The position numbers and the translations under genes are program-made. Of a DNA stretch of 32,000 nucleotides, positions 25,720 to 32,000 are shown in pieces. Origin of the DNA: Corynebacterium amycolatum (GTDB taxonomy: Bacteria > Actinomycetota > Actinomycetes > Mycobacteriales > Mycobacteriaceae); NCBI RefSeq assembly GCF_049243625.1, contig NZ_CP046975.1. One strand, written 5' to 3'. Numbering within the stretch: the first letter of the stretch is position 1; each line of letters opens with the position of its first letter. A model generated the notes under the pieces. That model saw nothing but the letters and a program-made list of their open reading frames with translations. It searched no databases and had not been told where the DNA came from.

Positions 25720-26922
25720 ATGATTGGTTCACTAAGTGCCGCCGGAAAGACCGTGTTGGCATCCCGCCGAGGGCAGGGGCGTACGTTCTCGAAGGTGGTT
25801 GCTCTCTCGCTCGCAGCTGGTGTAGTTCTCAGCGGACAGGTGCCAGCGCAGGCGGCACCGCGCATTGGTCAGCTACCGGACATCACTGCACGCGAAAGCA
25901 CTATTGACTACCAGAACTCGGAAACCGTGGACAAAATTGGCGGTGGTCTGGTGGATGTCATGGGTGGCGTGAACCGTGTCATCTCCGGTGGCGAAAGTGG
26001 CCATATCACCGAGCCGTTCGCCCCAGAGGCGGGGCAGCTGCGCAAGGAGTTCGGAGCGATGGGCTCCCATCCAGTTGCCGCAACCCGCGAAGCAATGCCA
26101 TGTGATGGTGTCGTCTACACCATCTATAACCGCGTACTGCGGGACCTCCACGGTCTCCACGGCACCACCGGCTGTTATGACGTACTGCCAGAATCGGCCA
26201 ACGCCTCCCCAGTTGGCGCGCAGCTTATCTACCCGGCGGATATTGACTCCATGGAGTCTGCGCCACTGATGGTTCTCAGCCCTGGCATTGGTACTGAGCC
26301 GGGTATGTACGACGCGCAAGCGCGACTCTATGCAAGCCACGGATACGTCGTGGCTCTTGGCTACAACTTCACCAACTGGTTCGCGCCACAGATGGTGCTG
26401 GCAGCTTCGGTTGCCGCAGCGGCCAATGAGGACGAGTCCACACCACTTGCAGGCAAGATCGATTTCTCCCGCACGATGTTGGTCGGGCACTCTGCGGGTG
26501 GTGGCTCCGCAATCTTCCTGAACAACAGGATGGATAAAGCCTTCCAGGCTGCGGGTATCGATATGGTCACCCGCGGTCTGGTCGCCATCACCCCAGGGCC
26601 TTCCGACGCTGGACTAATCTCCACACCGCCGGAGATTCCAAGCCTGGTGGCCATTGCGGAGCACGAGGACATCGTTCCTTTTGATGCGGATCGACGTGGT
26701 TACCGCGATGCTGAAGGGCCCGCCTGGGAAGCGGTAGTCACCGGTTCCTACCACGGCACCTACCTGGATGATCCGTCTAAGAATGTGCTTGGCTCGCTGG
26801 TGCTGTCCTTTAGTGAGTATGTGCTCGGCGGAACGAGTCGAGCAAAGGCCGTCTATGAGGGTGCTAACTACGGCCTGGCTACTGACTCCGAGCTCAAGGA
26901 CGTTCAGCGCAAGGGCGTTTAG
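25720..26922 (+). CDS. Secreted alpha/beta hydrolase (lipase/esterase; chlorophyllase / PAF-acetylhydrolase-like)
   Basis: Start moved to ATG 25720, with AAGGA 5 nt upstream. Signal peptide ends in PAQA-AP. Nucleophile elbow is GHSAGG. Product is 400 aa. Confidence 0.75.
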   Translation: MIGSLSAAGKTVLASRRGQGRTFSKVVALSLAAGVVLSGQVPAQAAPRIGQLPDITARESTIDYQNSETVDKIGGGLVDVMGGVNRVISGGESGHITEPFAPEAGQLRKEFGAMGSHPVAATREAMPCDGVVYTIYNRVLRDLHGLHGTTGCYDVLPESANASPVGAQLIYPADIDSMESAPLMVLSPGIGTEPGMYDAQARLYASHGYVVALGYNFTNWFAPQMVLAASVAAAANEDESTPLAGKIDFSRTMLVGHSAGGGSAIFLNNRMDKAFQAAGIDMVTRGLVAITPGPSDAGLISTPPEIPSLVAIAEHEDIVPFDADRRGYRDAEGPAWEAVVTGSYHGTYLDDPSKNVLGSLVLSFSEYVLGGTSRAKAVYEGANYGLATDSELKDVQRKGV

Positions 26923-26928
26923 AGCTGG

Positions 26929-27474
26929 CTACTCCATCGACTCTGGAATCAGCTTTGCCGCGGCCTCGGCGATTGCCTTACGCTGTGCTTTCGTGAGCTG
27001 ATTGCCGTTGAGATAGTCGTTGGCCCAGAGTCCATCGGAAATCATTTGGACAACGTAGGCCATGCAGGCTTCCTCATCGGTGGCAATCTATTCTACCGGC
27101 GGATTCCACCGGCGCAAAAGGCGCGTCCAGATCTCGCGCAGCTCCGGTTCGGCGGCAGAGTCGATGGACATGAGTAGCTCGGCCCTTGTTGCTGTCTCCA
27201 GCGAGACCTGGAGGTTTGCGCGTAGGCGGTTGGCGGGGGATACCTCCTCCGCAGGCCCACCCGCGGCTTCGATAAGCTCCTCTTCCCATAACTGCGCCAT
27301 GTGCTCATGGACGCTGCGAATCATGTCTTCGCGGGAGGGGAAGTGGTAAATCAACCCTGATTTACTCATTCCGCATTGAGTTGCGACATTTTCGTAGGTG
27401 ACCTCGGAAAAGCCGTTTGTCTCGATAATCTCAACGATTGTGTCGAGAATGGCAGTGCGCTTACTCGTGCGCAT
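26929..27474 (-). pseudogene. TetR/AcrR-family regulator interrupted by an in-frame TAG at codon 129 of 181
   Basis: ATG 27474 opens MRTSKRTAILDTIVEIIETNGFSEVTYENVATQCGMSKSGLIYHF (a TetR HTH). The frame stops at TAG 27090-27088. The same frame then continues for 52 codons (IATDEEACMAYVVQMISDGLWANDYLNGNQLTKAQRKAIAEAAAKLIPESME*) to TAG 26931-26929. The combined 181 aa is the normal TetR length. Confidence 0.7.
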
Positions 27475-28957
27475 ATTCAGTCTCCTTCGGGTTGCCGCGG
27501 AATGCCACCGCAGTCGCAATCGCTGCAATGACAGCAACGACAGCCAGCATAATCAAAATGGCCAGGTAGGAACTGTCGAGGCCGGCGCGGGCGCCGTCGT
27601 TAAGCGCTGGCGTGTGAAGTGCATCGGTGAGTGAGATGCTGGCGTCGACAGGCGTGAACAAGGCGTAGAACATGGGTAGGAGGCTGCCTGTGATTGCGAC
27701 GGTGATCAGTGTGCCAAATTCGTAGGACACGGATTCCATCGCCGCCGCCATGCCGGCCTTTGACCTTGGGGCTGAGCCGATAATCGCGGTCGACGACACC
27801 GACATCACAGAACCTGCGCCCGCGCCGAGCAGTATCAGTCCTGCGATCATGAGCGGGAAATTGCCCGAGGAAACACCGTAGTACATGCCTGCCAGGCCGA
27901 TGGCGTTGAGGAGGAATCCGCCGGTGATGAGTGTGCGGAAACCCACTCGATGCAGCACCATGCCGCCGATGACACCAACTGGCAAGGACGCCAGTGCCGC
28001 GGTGGCAACTAGCAAGCCCGCATCGAGTGGTGTGTATCCGACGGAAATCTGGAAGCGCTGCGTCGTCATCAATTCGGCGCCTGCCAGGACAAACATGGCA
28101 AGCGCGGCTGCCAGCACGCCACCGGAAAACATCCGCGAACGGAAGACGGAGAAGTCGATGAGGGGTTCAGTGAGACGTGCCTGACGACGCTGAAACAGTA
28201 CCGCGCCCACTAGCCCGCAGGCGATAGCCGCGACGATGACGGTGGAGGAGTGATGACCAGCGAGTTCCTTAATGAGCGAGACCAGGCCCAGCATGGCCAG
28301 CATCGCGTAGAGGCTGGTGAGAAAATCCCAGCGCTTGGCTGGGTTGGGCTGATTCGGCGGAGCAAAAATCAGCGTGCCAATGATTGCGAAAACTACTACA
28401 GGGATATTGATAAGGAAGATTGAGCCCCACCAGAAGTGCTCCAATAAGAAACCGCCAACGACGGGGCCAGCGGCGGCACCCAGTGTTGCCGTGGCAGACC
28501 AAATGCCAATAGCTGTGGCAAGTTCACGAGGGTGGTGGAAGGTCTCACGTAGCAGTGCGAGGGTCGCCGGCATCATGGTCGCGGCGCCCAGTCCTAGACA
28601 GCCGCGGGCGATGACCAGCGCCCAGGCGTGCGGCGCAAAGGCCGCGGCCAGGGAAGAGAAGCCAAAAATTGTCAGGCCCACAAGAAACATCTTGCGGTGA
28701 CCGATGCGGTCGCCCAGGGTGCCTGTGCCGAGGAGGAGTGCGGAGATCACCAGTGGGTAGGCGTTGATGATCCACAGGCCCTCTAACTCGGTTGTGTGGA
28801 GCTGCTCGCGCAGAACCGGCAGAGCAGTGTAGAGCACCGAGTTATCTATGCCGATGAGTAGTAGGCCGGCGCTGATGATAGCGAGGAAGATCCACCTGTG
28901 GGTGACTGAAGTGGGCGGATTAGCCCTCGTGGAAGCGGCGTGGTCAGTACTTGTCAT
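27461..28957 (-). CDS. MFS transporter, DHA2 (EmrB/QacA, 14-TM) drug:proton antiporter family
   Basis: 498-aa ORF with about 14 hydrophobic segments. Has MFS motif A-like GTLGDRIGHRK and DHA2-type organisation. Its 3' end overlaps the TetR start by 14 nt. Confidence 0.9.
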   Translation of the reverse strand: MTSTDHAASTRANPPTSVTHRWIFLAIISAGLLLIGIDNSVLYTALPVLREQLHTTELEGLWIINAYPLVISALLLGTGTLGDRIGHRKMFLVGLTIFGFSSLAAAFAPHAWALVIARGCLGLGAATMMPATLALLRETFHHPRELATAIGIWSATATLGAAAGPVVGGFLLEHFWWGSIFLINIPVVVFAIIGTLIFAPPNQPNPAKRWDFLTSLYAMLAMLGLVSLIKELAGHHSSTVIVAAIACGLVGAVLFQRRQARLTEPLIDFSVFRSRMFSGGVLAAALAMFVLAGAELMTTQRFQISVGYTPLDAGLLVATAALASLPVGVIGGMVLHRVGFRTLITGGFLLNAIGLAGMYYGVSSGNFPLMIAGLILLGAGAGSVMSVSSTAIIGSAPRSKAGMAAAMESVSYEFGTLITVAITGSLLPMFYALFTPVDASISLTDALHTPALNDGARAGLDSSYLAILIMLAVVAVIAAIATAVAFRGNPKETEYAHE

Positions 28958-28993
28958 TCCAGTAACTGTAACGAACGTTCGGTTTAGTTACAA
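28958..28993 (-). promoter_or_regulatory. Candidate leaderless promoter of the MFS/TetR unit, embedded in a 30-bp imperfect palindrome. Promoter: -35 TTGTAA at 28993-28988, 17 nt spacer, -10 TACAGT at 28970-28965, then 7 nt to ATG 28957. Palindrome: 28962-28991, GTAACTGTAACGAACGTTCGGTTTAGTTAC.
   Basis: Read from the sequence. 24 of 30 positions are symmetric, the core GAACGTTC is perfect, and the outer arms GTAACT/AGTTAC are perfect. Confidence 0.5.
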
Positions 28994-29141
28994 CCTCTAA
29001 AGGGTGCTGATTTAGACCTAAAACTTCAAGAAAAGTAAGCCGATCCCGCCCAAGGAGCCGGTGAAAAAGTGTCTAAGTTGCAGGCGTTGTTGAGGTGCGA
29101 ATTCACGGACGCCGTTCGATCCCCCGTGGCGCCCGAGCGGG

Positions 29142-29169
29142 TAAAAGTCAGCATGAACGCGCTGACTTT
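29142..29169 (-). terminator. Possible rho-independent terminator after the 615-aa gene
   Basis: Minus strand reads AAAGTCAGC [GCGTTCAT] GCTGACTTTT. That is a 9-bp stem (6 bp of it GC-containing) running into a short T tract, 26 nt after the stop codon. Confidence 0.4.
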
Positions 29170-29205
29170 ATGCTCGGAGGCTTACGCGCTGACTTTACGC
29201 TCGGA
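29157..29205. repeat. 22-bp direct repeat with one mismatch and a 27-bp period (ACGCGCTGACTTTAYGCTCGGA)
   Basis: Copies lie at 29157-29178 and 29184-29205. The second copy holds the last codons and the stop (29195-29197) of the 615-aa gene. The first copy supplies one arm of the terminator hairpin. Confidence 0.85.
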
Positions 29206-31042
29206 CGTTGTGGCCAATCACCGCCGGGATAGTAATGGGTGCATCCCCGAAAAGCTCCTTCTGGTATTCGTTCTGCTCGAAAGCGCCAGCATCGTTATCC
29301 CTGATCGTGGCCACGTTTGTCAGTTTGCGTGCCGACGGTGCGGAACCCTTTTGGAGCAATCCACCACGGCTGCCCGCAGTGGTGGCCGCGAAAGCCCCTG
29401 CGCCACGGTTTCCAGCAGCGGCGCCCGCGGTTCCGCCAGCAGCACCCGTAGCTCCGGTAGCAGTACTGTTGCGCGCACTGATTAGGGAATTCATCAATCC
29501 ACTTCCGCGCTGTCCAGAGCTATTCGAGACGGTTGGCAAGGCAGAACCAGCGACCCCGGGACCCAAGCCGGTTCCCATCCCGCGACCCGCTGTCGGCGCT
29601 GGCATACGACCGGGACTCGAAGCCGGAAATCCCGAGGCCGGGGGACGGGGGCTTGAGTTTCCAGAATACGGCAGTGCCGGGATATTGCCCGCTGGTGTGA
29701 GTCCCGCAGTGCGTCCTGCACCGAGGGAGCCAGCCGGCCGGTTGCCGTGAACTCCGTAAGGCGAAACTCCTTGCGGTGATGAGCGTTGAAGTGGGGTGCT
29801 CGCCCCCGAAGGAGCGACCATGGCTGGATTCGCCGCATTCGGTTGAGCCATAGCTGATTTACCGGTCGGGGATGTTGGCGAGATTGTGGAGCTCGTTGGG
29901 CTGCTAGGTGATGCGGGGTGCACAGGGGTAGCAGACGGATTAGTAGGGTTCGACAAAGTCGAAGCGCTCGGTTGCAAGTGCGAAGGAGCGGAAGGGCTCG
30001 CGGTTGTGGATTGCGGTGTCGGAGAATCCGGAACAGTTGAGGTGGCACCAACTGGTGCGCTGGCGGCCTGCATGCTTCCAGCCATCCCCGCAGGCGAAAG
30101 GCTGAACTGGCTAGTTCCAGAACGTCCGGCGACTGTGGCTCCAACGGACACCTCGGCGGTCACACCACTTCCCGCATCGGCAGAAACCAGGTTAGGAATT
30201 CGGGGAATAGCGGTCTGTAGTTGTGCGGTATACGGACCAGAGAGAAAGGCTGCTACCTCGGCCTGTTCAAAAGCCTTTTGCGCGCCAGGGTTTGGGAGTG
30301 CTTTGGACTCGGCTTCGATCGCTGATAGTGCATTGACGGCCATCGCCTTCACAGATGGCAATACGGCAAGGTGCCCGGCCATGACCTCAGATGCGGTGGC
30401 GATGCTGGTAGCGCGTGCGGCCAGACCTTTCATTGTTGAGTCCGCAGCAGAGAAGACAGCACCGCTGTTGCTCGACACCAAGCCGGATGAGATGGAGGTT
30501 AGATTGCTGGCCAACGTGGTCATAGTGTCGGCGAAGTTATTCCAGTAGGCGATTGCCTCGGCTACGGCACCGTCGTTTGTTGAGGAAAACATGGATAGTA
30601 GGGACTTCGCATCGAGACCAAGTTCCGCGGAAAGAGTGACTGGCGCGAAAGTGAGACTTCCAGCTTCAAACATCGGCCGACGCTGAAATACACCGCTTGT
30701 GCGCGCTACTTCGGCAAGGGAAGCGCCGTCACCATTGAATGGGTTAATGCTTCGAAGAATCCGATTCATGGTGGACTCGTGCTCAGTGATCACGCGACGG
30801 AAGTCAGCGAGATTTGTTTGCGCCCACGTGAGCTGTTTGCCCAGAGACAATCCGATGGCAGCAGAGCTTCCTGAGCTGCCGGAAATTGCGAGACTGTGTT
30901 CTGTCGCCACCAGCTGGAGTGACGGAACCTGTGAGTAGCCGGCCAAGTTTGGCTGGATATGGATGGCATTATTTGCCAGCAAATTCGTGGAATGGAACTT
31001 CTGAATTGCAGAGTCGATTGTTGGAATTACGGCATGCATCAT
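29195..31042 (-). CDS. Hypothetical 615-aa protein in three parts: a helical N-terminal region of about 285 aa, a Pro/Ser/Thr/Ala/Gly-rich linker of about 275 aa, and a short C-terminal domain
   Basis: Long ORF whose ATG forms an ATGA overlap with the upstream lipoprotein stop. I see no signal peptide or TM segment. Terminator-like hairpin lies downstream. No family recognised with confidence. Confidence 0.75.
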   Translation of the reverse strand: MMHAVIPTIDSAIQKFHSTNLLANNAIHIQPNLAGYSQVPSLQLVATEHSLAISGSSGSSAAIGLSLGKQLTWAQTNLADFRRVITEHESTMNRILRSINPFNGDGASLAEVARTSGVFQRRPMFEAGSLTFAPVTLSAELGLDAKSLLSMFSSTNDGAVAEAIAYWNNFADTMTTLASNLTSISSGLVSSNSGAVFSAADSTMKGLAARATSIATASEVMAGHLAVLPSVKAMAVNALSAIEAESKALPNPGAQKAFEQAEVAAFLSGPYTAQLQTAIPRIPNLVSADAGSGVTAEVSVGATVAGRSGTSQFSLSPAGMAGSMQAASAPVGATSTVPDSPTPQSTTASPSAPSHLQPSASTLSNPTNPSATPVHPASPSSPTSSTISPTSPTGKSAMAQPNAANPAMVAPSGASTPLQRSSPQGVSPYGVHGNRPAGSLGAGRTAGLTPAGNIPALPYSGNSSPRPPASGFPASSPGRMPAPTAGRGMGTGLGPGVAGSALPTVSNSSGQRGSGLMNSLISARNSTATGATGAAGGTAGAAAGNRGAGAFAATTAGSRGGLLQKGSAPSARKLTNVATIRDNDAGAFEQNEYQKELFGDAPITIPAVIGHNVRA

Positions 31043-31692
31043 GATTCTTCCCCCAAATAATCAATTAACAGCTCATTTACTGGAGCGCACAGCCGGTGCT
31101 GTGGGTCAGGGCTATCTTGTCCGGTTGTGTCGATAACGAATCCGAGAGCTCCTTGTTCTGTTTCGACAGAAGCAATACAGGCGGAACTTCCGAGCGGATT
31201 GATTTGAGTGAATGTCACCCAATTGAAAATCCCTTCGTGATGAGCCAAAGGCTCGGCACTGTAGCGTTCGAGTTGTGAGTGAGCGACCGCAGCATGCCAG
31301 ATGCTCAGCAGGCCGGAAGCATCGGATTCAATAACGCAGCCAATCTGTTTATTTCCTTCGATTCGGCCCTCCATGTACGTCTGCTCCCGGAACCCCAGCC
31401 TGTCTAAACGCCCCATAATCGCAGGGTCATCACACGGATTGGTCAGTACGAATTCAGGTGCGTCGTAGTTGTAGTGCCCATCGGGACCAAGTGGAGCATC
31501 ACCGGGCTCCGGCGGATTGTTGGGTGGAAGCACACCCGCAGGTAACGTCACGCCCGAGTCAGTAGTCATGGTTGTCGCATTGTCGCCGACAGGTTGAACG
31601 TCCTCGACGGATGCCTCGGTCGATGCGCAACTAGTCCCCGTTATTCCCCATAGAAGTGCTGACAGTAGGGCGGCAGTAGTCGCCTTTTTCAA
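31039..31692 (-). CDS. Lipoprotein, DUF3558-like (four conserved Cys)
   Basis: Start moved to TTG 31692, preceded by GGGGAGGGA at 4-5 nt. This gives MKKATTAALLSALLWGITGTSC, a classical lipoprotein signal with a lipobox. The mature part has an NPCD motif plus three further Cys, as in actinobacterial DUF3558 lipoproteins (assigned by eye). Confidence 0.7.
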   Translation of the reverse strand: MKKATTAALLSALLWGITGTSCASTEASVEDVQPVGDNATTMTTDSGVTLPAGVLPPNNPPEPGDAPLGPDGHYNYDAPEFVLTNPCDDPAIMGRLDRLGFREQTYMEGRIEGNKQIGCVIESDASGLLSIWHAAVAHSQLERYSAEPLAHHEGIFNWVTFTQINPLGSSACIASVETEQGALGFVIDTTGQDSPDPQHRLCAPVNELLIDYLGEES

Positions 31693-32000
31693 TTTTCCCT
31701 CCCCAAAGAATTTGTGTGAGAAAGATATAACACCGCGGTCGCAATTGCGCTTGCTGAGAAGCCGAAAAATAGACCGGCTGTGGATAACTTTTAGGGGGTG
31801 TGGACAACGCGGTCGCCGTGCAAAACGACGCCTCTGCGTAGCCACCACCTGCACCTTTGGGGTGCGTTCCCCGGGACGTCGTTAAGCGTTGGTGGACAGC
31901 ATGGGTGTAATAACCGAAGTAATCCGAACGATTGGTTAGACTATGAGGCGCATTACAAAACCACGGGAGTGCCAACCGAAATTCCGGCACTGAGAGGACG

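Noticed and set aside
29114-29134. tRNA 3'-end-like string GTTCGATCCCCCGTGGCGCCC (T-loop-like plus acceptor-like), which could be an att-site remnant of an integrative element
   Set aside because: The flanking bases do not form a T-stem (CGCCG versus CCCCG). No complementary 5' acceptor arm or cloverleaf can be drawn upstream, there is no CCA, and no integrase lies nearby. The resemblance is too short to separate from chance without a genome-wide search.
31968-31991. Hairpin AGTGCC(N12)GGCACT at the window edge as a terminator of an upstream minus-strand gene
   Set aside because: The stem is only 6 bp, the loop is large, and the T-tract starts 6 nt after the stem. The upstream gene is outside the window, so there is not enough support.

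Overview
This looks like an actinobacterial, Corynebacterium-like chromosomal segment. I assigned that by eye from protein similarity, GC-rich codon usage, and frequent GTG/TTG and leaderless-type starts; no database search was run. I count 29 protein-coding genes plus one interrupted gene. I found no rRNA, tRNA, CRISPR array, transposase or integrase.

Gene content, left to right:
- A truncated acidic ORF, then an S33 prolyl-aminopeptidase-type hydrolase.
- A five-gene minus-strand ABC unit: FecCD permease, ATPase, PBP lipoprotein, and two CydDC-like fused half-transporters.
- A small MT0933-like protein, then glpT and arsC.
- An mntABCD-mntR-type metal ABC operon, followed by two translationally coupled unknown membrane proteins.
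- A GntR regulator and quinone oxidoreductase, divergent from an NRAMP-like transporter, pxpABC (5-oxoprolinase) and a GNAT gene.
- pntAB transhydrogenase, then a secreted alpha/beta hydrolase.
- A DHA2 MFS efflux pump and its TetR regulator.
- At the right edge, a coupled lipoprotein plus a 615-aa helical and Pro/Ser-rich protein.

Most interesting observations:
1. The same 15-bp pseudo-palindrome (TGAAAAYWRTTGTCR, Zur-box-like) sits on the promoters of both metal ABC units. This ties a siderophore-type importer plus exporter-fold pair, one member carrying a His-rich loop, to Mn/Zn control rather than iron control.
2. The TetR gene is interrupted by an in-frame TAG, with an intact 52-codon continuation that the ORF track misses.
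3. The lipoprotein/EspB-like pair at 29.2-31.7 kb has no recognisable function.
4. A 14-bp x4 tandem repeat lies in the operon-internal spacer at 6367-6422.

Several ORF-track starts are over-extended and are corrected in the feature list.
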